This document shows positions 1 through 9,489 of a stretch of DNA of 64,000 bases, piece by piece. The stretch is from NCBI GenBank assembly GCA_036149055.1, contig JAYZQJ010000137.1:32001-96000 (forward strand), read 5' to 3'. Every line of letters begins with the position of its first letter. Position 1 is the first letter of the stretch. The stretch is from Myxococcota bacterium. Lineage in GTDB: Bacteria > Myxococcota_A > Polyangia > Polyangiales > Sandaracinaceae. The position numbers were made by a program, and so were the translations under genes. The notes beneath the pieces are model-generated. The model searched no databases and had not been told where the DNA came from. It worked only from the letters and a program-made list of their open reading frames with translations.

Positions 1-323
1 ACGTCGCGGGCATGCTCGCCACCCTCCGCGGCGTCCGCGACGCGTGGACCGGCGACCGGGGCGGCGTCGAGGGCATCGGGCTCGACGACTACGTGGCCTC
101 GCGCGATCCCGAGCTCGCCGCCGACGTCACCCGCCGGCTCGACGACGTGGTCGGGCTGACCGAGGCCATCGATCCCCCGCTCCGCGACCGCATCACCGAG
201 GGGCGCACGAACGAAGCGGAGCAGCTCCATCAGGCGCTCCGCGAGACGCAGCGCCTCTTCGCCGCCGACGTCGCGATGACGCTCGCGGTGACGGTGACCT
301 TCACCGACAACGATGGAGACTGA
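1..323 (+). CDS. Imelysin-family (IrpA/PiuC-cluster-like) protein, 3' fragment; 5' end lies outside the window
   Basis: Helical protein ending VTVTFTDNDGD, matching the GxxxxDGD-type C-terminus of imelysin-like proteins; overlaps the downstream HTTM gene. Confidence 0.7.
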   Translation, partial: VAGMLATLRGVRDAWTGDRGGVEGIGLDDYVASRDPELAADVTRRLDDVVGLTEAIDPPLRDRITEGRTNEAEQLHQALRETQRLFAADVAMTLAVTVTFTDNDGD

Positions 324-1602
324 CCGCGAGGTCGACGCCGCGTCGCTCGCCGCCTTCCGCGCGCTCTTCGGCCTGCTGATGGCGGGCGCGGCCGTGCGCT
401 TCTGGGCCAAGGGCTGGATCGGCGCGCTCTACGTCGAGCCCGCCTTCCACTTCACCTACTGGGGGTTCGACTGGATCCGGCCGCTCCCGGGGTGGGGCAT
501 GTACGCGGTGTTCGCGGGCCTGATCGTCACCGCGCTCGCGGTCGCGCTCGGCCTCCTGTACCGCTGGGCCATCGCGCTCTTCTTCGTGCTCTTCACGTAC
601 GTGGAGCTGCTCGATCAGGCGACCTACCTCAACCACTACTATCTCGTCAGCCTGCTCGCGCTCCTGATGTGTTTCATGCCGCTCGGGCGCAGCTTCTCGG
701 TCGACGCGCGCGGGCAGGGCGCGCTCCGGGCGCCGCGGTGGTGCCTCTGGACGCTGCGCGCGCAGCTCGGCCTGGTCTACGTGTTCGCAGGGGTCGCCAA
801 GCTGAACGCGGACTGGCTCATCGAGGCCGAGCCGCTCTCGACCTGGCTGGCGGCGCGCAGCGACCTGCCGGGGCTCGGGGCCCTCGCCTCGATCGACGGC
901 TTCGCGCACCTGATGAGCTGGGGCGGGGCGGTCTTCGACCTCGCCGTGCCGTTGGCGCTGCTGCATCGGCGCACGCGCCCCTTCGCCTACGCGGGCGTCG
1001 TCGGCTTCCACCTCGTCACCGGGGCCATGTTCCAGCTCGGGATGTTCCCCTGGATCATGGCGCTGCTCACGCCGATCTTCTTCTCGCCGAGCTGGCCGCG
1101 CCGCCTCTGGACTTCGCTCCCGCGGGGCGCGCCGCGCCCGAGCCGGACGCTCCCTCGCTGGGGCGCCTGGGCGCTCGCCGGCTGGTTCGCGATCCAGCTC
1201 GCGCTCCCGCTGCGCCACCACGCCTACCCGGGGCAGCTCCTCTGGACCGAGGAGGGCCTGCGGTGGTCCTGGCACGTGATGATCGTCGAGAAGAGCGGGC
1301 ACCTCGAGCTGACGGCCCGCGACCGCGCGACCGGTGAGCGCTGGCCGATCGATCCGTCCGAGGACCTCACCTTCGCGCAGCGGCGCATGATGGCGACCAG
1401 CCCGGACATGCTGCTCCGCTACGCGGCGCACGTGCGGGAGCGCTGGGCCGCGCGAGGGCGGGACGTCGCCGTGCACGCCGACGCCTGGGTGGCGATGAAC
1501 GGGCGCCGCTCGGCGCCCCTCGTCGACCCGGAGATCGACCTCGCCGCCCAGCCCGACGACCTCGCGCCCCGCGCCTGGGTGACGCGCCGCCCGGCGCCCT
1601 GA
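313..1602 (+). CDS. HTTM-domain / vitamin K-dependent gamma-carboxylase-like membrane protein
   Basis: Multiple TM helices; motifs LAAFRALFG, YLNHYYL, AGVAKLNADWL, EEGLRWSWHVM, MNGRRSAPLVDP. Confidence 0.9.
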   Translation: METDREVDAASLAAFRALFGLLMAGAAVRFWAKGWIGALYVEPAFHFTYWGFDWIRPLPGWGMYAVFAGLIVTALAVALGLLYRWAIALFFVLFTYVELLDQATYLNHYYLVSLLALLMCFMPLGRSFSVDARGQGALRAPRWCLWTLRAQLGLVYVFAGVAKLNADWLIEAEPLSTWLAARSDLPGLGALASIDGFAHLMSWGGAVFDLAVPLALLHRRTRPFAYAGVVGFHLVTGAMFQLGMFPWIMALLTPIFFSPSWPRRLWTSLPRGAPRPSRTLPRWGAWALAGWFAIQLALPLRHHAYPGQLLWTEEGLRWSWHVMIVEKSGHLELTARDRATGERWPIDPSEDLTFAQRRMMATSPDMLLRYAAHVRERWAARGRDVAVHADAWVAMNGRRSAPLVDPEIDLAAQPDDLAPRAWVTRRPAP

Positions 1603-1824
1603 TCACGCGTGCCCGATCGGCCGCACCGTCTCCAGGCTCGACTCGTGGAGCTGATGCAGCGCCTCCCCGAGGGTGGCCCACGCCGACTCGGCGGCGTCGG
1701 CCTGCACGCGAAGGGTCAGGCCGCCCAGGTGGAGCGACAGCGCGCCGCAGTCGGCGCACTGCTCGACCTGGAGCACCGGCCCGCGGGCGAGGGTTCGGTT
1801 CTGGCAGCGTCGTCTCTCGTTCAT
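1603..1824 (-). CDS. Small hypothetical protein (73 aa) with CxxC (CADCG...H)
   Basis: ATG at 1824 preceded by SD-like GGAGAG; convergent stop abuts the HTTM stop. Confidence 0.65.
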   Translation of the reverse strand: MNERRRCQNRTLARGPVLQVEQCADCGALSLHLGGLTLRVQADAAESAWATLGEALHQLHESSLETVRPIGHA

Positions 1825-1862
1825 CGGGTTCTCTCCCATCCAGTGCGTCATCCCTACGCTGG

Positions 1863-1877
1863 TGAGAGTGGTTCTCA
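1863..1877. promoter_or_regulatory. Fur-box-like 7-1-7 inverted repeat TGAGAGT-G-GTTCTCA
   Basis: TGAGA-N5-TCTCA palindrome, 2 mismatches from TGAGAAT-N-ATTCTCA; about 40 nt upstream of the CxxC gene and next to an iron-uptake-type cluster. Confidence 0.5.
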
Positions 1878-1929
1878 AAGTCGGCTGGTGAGGTGACGCA
1901 CTTCTCCGGCCTCGCAGACGCGGCGGCTG

Positions 1930-3378
1930 CTAGCGCCCGAGCCCGAGCCGCCGACCGAGCGCGGTCTCGATGACGTCGCCGGGATCGTGCACCCGTCGGA
2001 GCTCGCGCAGCTGCTCGAGCGCCGGGCGGTACATCTCACGCAGGTCCGCGTCGTCGCAACGCGCCTGCTTCGACAGCAGGACCGTTCCGCCATGCGTCTC
2101 CCGACACACCCGCGTCAGCTTCCGGAAGATGCGCTCGATCGCTCGCGCGTCCGCCGCGCGGCGGACGACGAAGGCGAGCGAGACGAGGAACGCGTCGCGG
2201 TCTGGGTTGGGCGAAAGCACGAAGCGCTCCGAGCGCGGTAGAAATCCGACGTCGAACATCCCCGCCGTCTGCCCGGCTTCGGACAGCCGGTCCATGGCTT
2301 CGCGCGCGAACCCTTCGACCCGGTGCACCTCCGCGGACGAGCGCCCCTCGATCGGCAGGACGAAGCTCTGCTGCAACACCTCGCCGCGCTCGCCAAACCG
2401 CCGCCTCAAGCCACGCGCCTTGAGATTGCCGTCCATGAAGAACGTCGCGGGGGCGAGATCGTCGACGAGCGAGACGACCCGACCGGGGACCCAGTTCACC
2501 TGCCACGCCAGCGCGGCGAGCGCCGGCATCCGATGTACGAGGAGCTCCAGCCCGACGCGCCGCACGCCGCTCTGGTGAGCGATCGTGGGGCGGCGCTCGA
2601 GGGTCGACTCCATCCGGTGCCGCGTGATCAACGTTCGCCGTCGCAGTCCCCGCTGCATCACGACGCAGCCAGCGCCCGGCCACGGGCCGGGCGGCAGCCC
2701 GGGCGGGCGACTCTCCGGAAAGAGGAACTCCAACCCGTCCAGCCCCTCGAAGGCGTGAGCCGAGCTGCGGAGCGCCGCGTGGCTCCCCACCGATTCGAGA
2801 GCGTGCTCGACCTCCGTGATGACTCCGGCGAGCCCGAAGCCTCCGATCGCGGCGCGGAAGAGCGCTGCGTTGCGCTCACGCGTGCACTCGTGCACCTCGC
2901 CGCGCGCCGTCACGACGCGAACGCGCCGGATGTGTCGGCTCTCTCGTCCGAGGCCGGGCGTCATCCGGCTGTACGCGTCGCTCGACGCCGATCCGCCCAT
3001 CGTGACGCGACTGGTGCTGGGCATCACGGGCAAGGCCAACCCCCGCTCGAGCGCCGCGTCGAGGGCGGCGCCGGTCGAGACGCCCGCTCCCGCGAGCAGC
3101 CGGCGTCCGTCGGGGACGACCCGGAGCGTACGCAGACGCGCGGTCGACACCGCGTAGCGCTCGGGGAGCCCCTGACCGTCGAAGGAGAGCGCGGCGCCCA
3201 GCGGGGCGAGCCTGAGGCCGCGTTCGCTCGCGGTCGCCAGTAGCTCCGCCAGCTGCGCTTCGCTCTCGGGCTCGAAGACGACGACACCTCGGCGGGCTCG
3301 CCGCCCACCGAAGCTCTCCAGGTCTCTCACCGAATGCCCTACGCCGCCCATCGACGGCACGTCGACTCCGAGATCCAT
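1930..3378 (-). CDS. FAD-binding oxidoreductase (VAO/PCMH family, DprE1-like)
   Basis: PLGAALSFDGQ, VTMGGSAS, LFRAAIGGFGLAGVI and C-terminal HDPGDVIET motifs. Confidence 0.85.
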   Translation of the reverse strand: MDLGVDVPSMGGVGHSVRDLESFGGRRARRGVVVFEPESEAQLAELLATASERGLRLAPLGAALSFDGQGLPERYAVSTARLRTLRVVPDGRRLLAGAGVSTGAALDAALERGLALPVMPSTSRVTMGGSASSDAYSRMTPGLGRESRHIRRVRVVTARGEVHECTRERNAALFRAAIGGFGLAGVITEVEHALESVGSHAALRSSAHAFEGLDGLEFLFPESRPPGLPPGPWPGAGCVVMQRGLRRRTLITRHRMESTLERRPTIAHQSGVRRVGLELLVHRMPALAALAWQVNWVPGRVVSLVDDLAPATFFMDGNLKARGLRRRFGERGEVLQQSFVLPIEGRSSAEVHRVEGFAREAMDRLSEAGQTAGMFDVGFLPRSERFVLSPNPDRDAFLVSLAFVVRRAADARAIERIFRKLTRVCRETHGGTVLLSKQARCDDADLREMYRPALEQLRELRRVHDPGDVIETALGRRLGLGR

Positions 3379-3448
3379 CGCGGCCCACTCTACGCACCGC
3401 TGGTGGATGCCGGCACGGAGTGAGCGCTTTTCGAGCGGCTCCCGGGCG

Positions 3449-5389
3449 CTACCGGCCTTTCGCGACCCAGATCTCGGCGAGGCGCTCGATCGCGGTCGAG
3501 AGGTGTCGTCGGTACGTGGACTCGCCCATGCCCAGGTCGCGAGCGATCGCGATCTGCTTGCGAGGCTCCGAGAAGAAGCTCGCCTCGATCACACGGCGAG
3601 AGCGCGCGTCCTGACCGCTCACGCCCAGCTCTCGGACGGCCACCGCCAGCGACGCGCGGAGCGCGTCCACGGGATCGGGCGCCTCTCCGCTGGCGACTCG
3701 CGCGCGCACCCGCGGCGACCGCGCCAGTGGAGACCGCGCGAGGCGCCGCGCGTCGTGGTAGGCGCGCAGCGCGCGCCGGAGCTCGGGATAGGCCTCCTCT
3801 GCGGTGGCGAACACGCCGTCCTCGGCGCCGCCCGCCGCACCGCTCAGCAGCGACGGATCGTTCCGTCCGAGCTGATTCCAGATCCGGACGAGGTCGGCGG
3901 GGGTGTACTTCCGCAAGTCTTCAGAGCGGAGCGACCAGGCCTCGCCGTCCAGCGTGAAGCGCGCGACCGCCGGGTGCGCGCCCAGCTCTCGATAGCGCTC
4001 GACCATCCACTCTGGCTGCGCGGAGCACGCGAGATCCAGCCCGGCGCCGAACAGCAGTCGCGCCGTGGTCTCGTGCATGACGAAGGGCAGCCCCCCGTCG
4101 TTGTCGCCGAGGGGCAGATAGAACCGCGCCAGTCGCGCTCGGGACGCGCCGGTGAGCTGAGCGTGGCGCAGGAAGGCGGCCGCCGCAGGATCGTCTCCCT
4201 CCTCGGTCGCCCGCGCGTCGTCCAGATCGAGGAAGTGGACGTACGCCGCCACCGCCCCCTCGTGCCAGGCGACATGCGCCCCGCGAGGTGACCGGTCGAG
4301 CCAACGGCGCGCGATGTGCGCGCTCTGCCGACCCAGGCGCGCCTCGATGCGCTCGGCGATCTCGTCGACGTCCTCTGTCCGCGCGAGGCCGCTGGTGAGC
4401 CCCGGGAGGGCAGTCGGCCCGTGGCTGCGCATGGCCCGACCGATCAGCTCGGCGGAGTGGCCCGCCCAGAAGACGCGTCGCTCGCGTGGCCCCACGCGGC
4501 TCTTCGACTCGGCGTGCGCGAGTGACGCCCGCAGCAACGAGTCACGGAGATCCGGGGTCGAGCACGCGAGCTCTTGGGCGAGGGGCTCTCGGAGGACGGG
4601 CTCGACCGCCAGCCCGCCCGGCGCCCGCGTGGCCAGCGGTAGCTCGGCGACGGAGTGGAAGGCGTCGGAGAGCGAGGTGTCGAGGTCGGCGAGCAGCTCG
4701 GGGGTGACCACGGGATTGAGCGCCGCGACGTCGAGGACGCGGCGCTCGGCCGGCGGGACGCCGTCGAGCATGTGATCGAGGAACGCGCGGCGCGTCGCGT
4801 GGTTGCGGGACCAATCGAAGCCGTCCCATCGCTCCGCGATGAGCTGGAGCGCGAGCGGGTGCCCCGCGGCGAGCTCCACGAGGTCGGCGCGAACCGGGGC
4901 GGGGACGCCGGCGCGCGCCAGCAGGAGCTGGGCCTCGTCCCTCGAGAGCGGACCGAGCACCATGGTCTCGACGAGAGGGGACCAGCCAGGGTCGTGGAGC
5001 AGCCGCGACGGCAGCGGCCGCGACCCGGCGACGACGAGCTGCTGATGAGAGCGGAGGGTGGGGAGGACGGTGTCGACCAGGTAAGGCAGGATCTCCGCGA
5101 GTCGGTGGACGTCGTCGAGCGCGATCAAGCGCGCCGTCGGGTCGAACGCGTCGCGCCACGCCTCCCGGGTCGGAGGACGACTCGCCGCGCGGAGCGTCTG
5201 GACCGGCCCGTCCGCCATCGCCTCGAAGCGCCGCAGGAGCGTGCTCTTGCCGCTGCCGGGCATCCCGTGAATCGCGAAGAGCCGGAGGCTCGCGTCGTCG
5301 AGGAACTCGGCGAACCGCGCCTCCTCGACCCTCCGCGGCACGATCCGGTCCCGCCGTGCGGCCTCGATCCGCTCCCCCCACGTCGACAC
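3449..5389 (-). CDS. STAND/AAA ATPase with C-terminal HTH (putative transcriptional regulator)
   Basis: Walker A GMPGSGKS, Walker B IALDDVH, GHPLAL (GxP), C-terminal QIAIARDLGMGESTYRRHL; start set at GTG 5389 because TACTTT lies 6 nt upstream. Confidence 0.8.
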   Translation of the reverse strand: MSTWGERIEAARRDRIVPRRVEEARFAEFLDDASLRLFAIHGMPGSGKSTLLRRFEAMADGPVQTLRAASRPPTREAWRDAFDPTARLIALDDVHRLAEILPYLVDTVLPTLRSHQQLVVAGSRPLPSRLLHDPGWSPLVETMVLGPLSRDEAQLLLARAGVPAPVRADLVELAAGHPLALQLIAERWDGFDWSRNHATRRAFLDHMLDGVPPAERRVLDVAALNPVVTPELLADLDTSLSDAFHSVAELPLATRAPGGLAVEPVLREPLAQELACSTPDLRDSLLRASLAHAESKSRVGPRERRVFWAGHSAELIGRAMRSHGPTALPGLTSGLARTEDVDEIAERIEARLGRQSAHIARRWLDRSPRGAHVAWHEGAVAAYVHFLDLDDARATEEGDDPAAAAFLRHAQLTGASRARLARFYLPLGDNDGGLPFVMHETTARLLFGAGLDLACSAQPEWMVERYRELGAHPAVARFTLDGEAWSLRSEDLRKYTPADLVRIWNQLGRNDPSLLSGAAGGAEDGVFATAEEAYPELRRALRAYHDARRLARSPLARSPRVRARVASGEAPDPVDALRASLAVAVRELGVSGQDARSRRVIEASFFSEPRKQIAIARDLGMGESTYRRHLSTAIERLAEIWVAKGR

Positions 5390-5506
5390 GACGCGAAAGT
5401 AGCCGAGCACCGAGCGGATTTCGAGCGGACCCCGAGCGTGCTCCGGCGCCAGCGGGGGGTCCCGTCGGCCAGCCTCCACCCTGCGGCCCTCCAACCCTCG
5501 ACAGCG

Positions 5507-6295
5507 TCAGCCGAACAGGGCGATGACCTGGCGGGCGGAGGCGAGGGGGGCGCCGCTCGGGTCGCGGAGGATGGCGCGCTCGTCCGCGTAGCCGTCGGCG
5601 ACGACGCGGCTCTCGGCCTCGAACGCGTAGAACGCGTCTCCCGCGACCGAGGGATCCGGGAGCGCGCGGTGGAAGGAGACGCCGAGCTCGATCGAGGCGG
5701 CCGCCGTCCACGTCGAGGCGAGGGCGAGCGCGGCGGGCGCCCAGGCGTCGAGGAGCGCGACGACGAGGCGGGCGTCACATGGGTGGGGGACGCGCGGGCG
5801 ACACCAGCCGCCGATGTGCGGGCGATCGCCGCCGGAGAAGGGGGCGGGGCCGAGGGCCTGGCGGAGCTCGAAGTGCGCGCAGAAGTCCGGGACGTAGAGC
5901 GCCTCCGGGCCGTCGGCGACCGTGTCGGGGGGCGGCATCGGCGCGGGGTCGCGCTCCACGTAGGCCAGCCCGCTGGGGCGGGGTAGGGCGAAGGTGGCCC
6001 GGCCGGTCGCGATGAGGAGATCGCCGCGGCGCATGCGCGCGCCGATCTGGGCGACGTTGCGGCCGGCGCGGAGGATCTCGACATCCACCGTCGCCGGCCC
6101 AGCGGTGGCGGGCGCGCAGAAGGCGACGTCGAGCCCGCGGATCGTTCGGCCGTCCGCCTCGCGGGTCATCGCGTCGACCAGGATGGCTGCGACGAGCCCG
6201 CCGTAGACGCCGCGGCCCTGGGCCCAGCGCGCGTCGAGGGTCCCGGCGAAGCGGCGCTCCCCGTCCCGGGCGAATCGGCTGGCCTCGTCGAACAC
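5507..6295 (-). CDS. Thioesterase family protein (double hot-dog, TesB-like)
   Basis: WAQGRGVYGGLVAA, LRAGRNV, LLDAWAP, ASARQ. Confidence 0.85.
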   Translation of the reverse strand: MFDEASRFARDGERRFAGTLDARWAQGRGVYGGLVAAILVDAMTREADGRTIRGLDVAFCAPATAGPATVDVEILRAGRNVAQIGARMRRGDLLIATGRATFALPRPSGLAYVERDPAPMPPPDTVADGPEALYVPDFCAHFELRQALGPAPFSGGDRPHIGGWCRPRVPHPCDARLVVALLDAWAPAALALASTWTAAASIELGVSFHRALPDPSVAGDAFYAFEAESRVVADGYADERAILRDPSGAPLASARQVIALFG

Positions 6296-6305
6296 GCTGG
6301 CTCGA

Positions 6306-7394
6306 TTACTCGACCCGGATCGCGTCCGCCACCCGGCGGACCTGCGCGCGGGTCTCGGCGTCCCATCGCACGTGAGGATCGGTCGCCCGGTGGGCCCACA
6401 GGAGCGCGCCGTCGTAGCCGCGCGCGCGCACGTGCTCGACGCGCCGCGCGACCCAGTCCGCCCCCTCGTCGACGTCGGGCCAGGGGCCGTGCCGGGACGT
6501 GGCGAGCTCTCCGAGCCAGATCGGCCGGATGGGGCTGGCGTCGGCCGGCGGGAGCGCGCTGACCCCGGTCACGCTCGGGTAGTGGTGCCGCTGGTGCACG
6601 TAGCGGCCGGCGTCGGCGAGGCGGGAGAGGGTGGCGCGGGCGGAGGGGGCGAGCCACGGCGGGTCGGGGTCGAGGAAGCCGACCGTCGCGGTGAGCCCGC
6701 GCCGCGCGATCCGCCGCGCGCCCTCCTCGAGGAACGCCGAGAGCGCGTAGGGATCCACCCACGGGGGATGCGCGCCGTAGCGGTCCCGCTCCCAGCCCGG
6801 CACCAGCGGCCAGCCCGGCTCGTTGGCCACCTCGAACGCCGCGACCGCCTCGGGTCGCCCCGCGGCCACGTCGAGCATCGGCTCGAGCGTCGTGTCGAAG
6901 AATGGATGCATCGCGTCGCCGAGCACGAACGAGTCCCGGCCCCGGCTCGTGACCTCGCCCTGGGCCCCCAGGGGAAGCATCAGCTCGAAGCTCACCAGCG
7001 AGGGCACGAGCCGCACGCCGGCGGCGGCGCAGGCGGAGAGCAGGGCGTCGAGGTCCTCCAGGAAGGCGTCGGGGACGCGAGGAAGGGGGCGCTCGAGGAC
7101 CCACCGCTCGGGCACCCGGGGCGGACGCACGAGCCGCCGCTTCCACGCGGGCCACGGCTCGAGGAAGGGCGCCCGCCGGGCGACGGTCTCGGGTTGTACG
7201 CCGACCGGGAGGTTGACGCCGCCCGCCAGGATCCACCAGCGCGCGATCCGCAGACCGTCCGCCGCCAGCTCGCGCAGCTCGCGCTCGACCTGCGCCCAGT
7301 CGGTCCTCGGCGCGCCTGCCCAGGGCGGGGGCCGCGGGCCGAAGTCGTGACCGCAGGTGACCCAGGGGAAATTGATGCCGAGGGCGAAGCTCAT
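6306..7394 (-). CDS. Clan GH-A / GH5-like glycoside hydrolase (mannanase-like N-terminus)
   Basis: GINFPWVTCGHDFG, RIARWW, FEVANEP (acid/base), HHY, IWLGEL (nucleophile), GALLW; ATGA overlap with the upstream kinase. Confidence 0.65.
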   Translation of the reverse strand: MSFALGINFPWVTCGHDFGPRPPPWAGAPRTDWAQVERELRELAADGLRIARWWILAGGVNLPVGVQPETVARRAPFLEPWPAWKRRLVRPPRVPERWVLERPLPRVPDAFLEDLDALLSACAAAGVRLVPSLVSFELMLPLGAQGEVTSRGRDSFVLGDAMHPFFDTTLEPMLDVAAGRPEAVAAFEVANEPGWPLVPGWERDRYGAHPPWVDPYALSAFLEEGARRIARRGLTATVGFLDPDPPWLAPSARATLSRLADAGRYVHQRHHYPSVTGVSALPPADASPIRPIWLGELATSRHGPWPDVDEGADWVARRVEHVRARGYDGALLWAHRATDPHVRWDAETRAQVRRVADAIRVE

Positions 7395-8485
7395 CCGAAG
7401 GGGAGGGTGACGTGAAAGGCGCTGCCGCGCCCCTCTTCGCTCTCGACCCAGATGCGCCCGCCGTGGGCCTCGACGATGTTGCGCACGATGGCCAGGCCGA
7501 GGCCGGTGCTCCGCTCTCCGCCGGTGGGGCGGGCGCCGGTCCGCTCGAACGGGCGGAAGACCTTCGGCAGGTCCCGCGCCGGCATGCCGACGCCCTGGTC
7601 CGACACCGTCAGGCGCGCGTGCTCGCCGTCGCGTGACAGTGAGACGTGCACGGTGGACTCCGGGTGGCTGAACTTGACGGCGTTGCTGAGGAGGTTGTCG
7701 AGCACCTGCCGGACCTTGTGCCGGTCGAGGGAGATCGACGGCAGCTCGGCCTCGACCTCGGTCTCGAAGCCGATCTGCTTCTCGCGCGCGACCACCGCGT
7801 TGAGCCGCACGCCCTCGCGCACGAGCGCGCCCAGATCCGTCTCCGCGCGCTCCAGCTCCATGGCGCCCGCCTGGATGCGGCCGAGGTCGAGGAGATCCTC
7901 GACCAGACCGACCATGTAGCTGGCGGTCTTGCGCATCGTCTGCACGATCTCTTCCTGCTCGCCCTCGAGCTCGCCGGTCACGCCGCTGAGCAGGAAGTCG
8001 GCGTAGCCGCGCATGACGCCGAGCGGGTTGCGGAGGTCGTGCGCCACCACCGCCATCAGGTGGTCCTTCTGCCGGTTGAGCCGGTCCAGCTCGTTCCGCG
8101 TGCGGTGCCGCTCGATCGCGTAGTGGATCGCGCGCCGCAGGGTGGACGAGGTCATCTCGTGCTTCGGCAGGTAGTCCTCGGCCCCGCGCGCCAGCGCCCG
8201 GAGGGCGAGCTCTTCGCCGTGCTCGCTGGTGAGGACCACCACCGGGATCGCACGGTGCGCGGCGACGATCTGCTCGAGCCCGGAGAGGGCGCTCGCGTCG
8301 GGGAGCTCGAGATCGAGCAGGACCGCGTCGGGGGCGGCCTCCTCGAGGAGCGCGAGCGCCGCGCGGAGGGTGGGGCGGTGATGGACGACGAAGCCCGCCT
8401 CCTCGAGCTGGATCGTGACGGCCGCGGCCTGCGTCGCGCTGTCCTCGACGAGGAGGATCTCCCCCAGCTCCTGTCCCTCCGTCAT
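7391..8485 (-). CDS. Hybrid response regulator / histidine kinase (REC-HisKA-HATPase)
   Basis: LLVEDS, LLDLELPD, AHDLRNPL, NLLSNAVKF, DQGVG, GLGLAIV. Confidence 0.93.
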   Translation of the reverse strand: MTEGQELGEILLVEDSATQAAAVTIQLEEAGFVVHHRPTLRAALALLEEAAPDAVLLDLELPDASALSGLEQIVAAHRAIPVVVLTSEHGEELALRALARGAEDYLPKHEMTSSTLRRAIHYAIERHRTRNELDRLNRQKDHLMAVVAHDLRNPLGVMRGYADFLLSGVTGELEGEQEEIVQTMRKTASYMVGLVEDLLDLGRIQAGAMELERAETDLGALVREGVRLNAVVAREKQIGFETEVEAELPSISLDRHKVRQVLDNLLSNAVKFSHPESTVHVSLSRDGEHARLTVSDQGVGMPARDLPKVFRPFERTGARPTGGERSTGLGLAIVRNIVEAHGGRIWVESEEGRGSAFHVTLPFG

Positions 8486-9486
8486 TCCACGCAGCTACGA
8501 ACATACGCGCTGATGTCCGGTAAAGGGAGTACCTCGTGCACGATCCCCGCCCGCAGCGCCGCGCCGGGCATCGAGTCGACCACGCTGGTGCGCGAGTCCT
8601 GGGCGACCACGTGTCCGCCGCGCCGATGCAGCTCCGCCAGGCCCTCGACGCCGTCGCGCCCCATCCCGGTCAGGATGACGCCCAGGCCCCGCTCCCCGTA
8701 GGCGCGCGCGACGCTCGCGTAGGTGGCGGACGCGGAGGGCCGGAAGCCGTGGATGGGCGGCTCGGGGCAGAGGCGCACGACCCCGCGGTGCACGGTCAGG
8801 TGGCGGCTCGGCGGGGCGAGGTGCACGTGGCCGGGGGTCAGGGCGTCCCCGTCCCGCGCGAGGCGGACCCGCAGCGGCACGCTCGCGTCGAGCCAGGTCG
8901 CGAAGCCCTCGGCGAAGTCCCGGCCGATGTGCTGGACCAGCAGGATGGGGACCGGGAAGTCGGGCCCGAGGGCGGCGAGGATGGTGCGCACCGCGCGGGG
9001 GCCGCCGGTGGACGCGGCCATCGCGACGATCGAGGCCGAGCGGTCGGGGGCGCGCCGCTGGCGGCCGACCGGCCGGCCGTTGGGGCGCCGGACCACCCGG
9101 ACCTCGGCCATCGCCTTCACCGTCCGGCCGAAGCGCCGCCACGCCCGCGCGTCGTCCGGGCCCCGCGGTTTCGTCAGCGCGGTCAGCGCGCCGGCCTCGA
9201 GGGCGGCCACGCTCATCTGCACCGCGCGCTCGTCCCGGCCGCTGACGATGACCACCGGCGTCGGCGACTCCGCCATGATGCGACGGGTCGCCTCGTAGCC
9301 GTCGACGTCGGGCATCTCGACGTCCATCACCACGACGTCGGGCTCGATCTCCGCGGTCAGGCGCGCCGCCTCCGCGCCGTCGCCGGCCTCCGCCACCACC
9401 GCCAGGGCTCCGTCCTCTTCCAGCCGCGCCCGGAGCAGCGCGCGGAAGGTGGGCGAGTCGTCGACCACGAGGACGCGTAGCGGCAT
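8482..9486 (-). CDS. cheB: Chemotaxis protein-glutamate methylesterase (REC + methylesterase)
   Basis: VVDDS...MDVEMP, AASTGGP, VQHI, LTGMGRDG catalytic triad motifs. Confidence 0.95.
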   Translation of the reverse strand: MPLRVLVVDDSPTFRALLRARLEEDGALAVVAEAGDGAEAARLTAEIEPDVVVMDVEMPDVDGYEATRRIMAESPTPVVIVSGRDERAVQMSVAALEAGALTALTKPRGPDDARAWRRFGRTVKAMAEVRVVRRPNGRPVGRQRRAPDRSASIVAMAASTGGPRAVRTILAALGPDFPVPILLVQHIGRDFAEGFATWLDASVPLRVRLARDGDALTPGHVHLAPPSRHLTVHRGVVRLCPEPPIHGFRPSASATYASVARAYGERGLGVILTGMGRDGVEGLAELHRRGGHVVAQDSRTSVVDSMPGAALRAGIVHEVLPLPDISAYVRSCVE

Positions 9487-9489
9487 GTT

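Noticed and set aside
3449..5389. STAND ATPase as an Avs antiphage protein
   Set aside because: No N-terminal effector or long TPR sensor; the C-terminal HTH points to a transcriptional regulator
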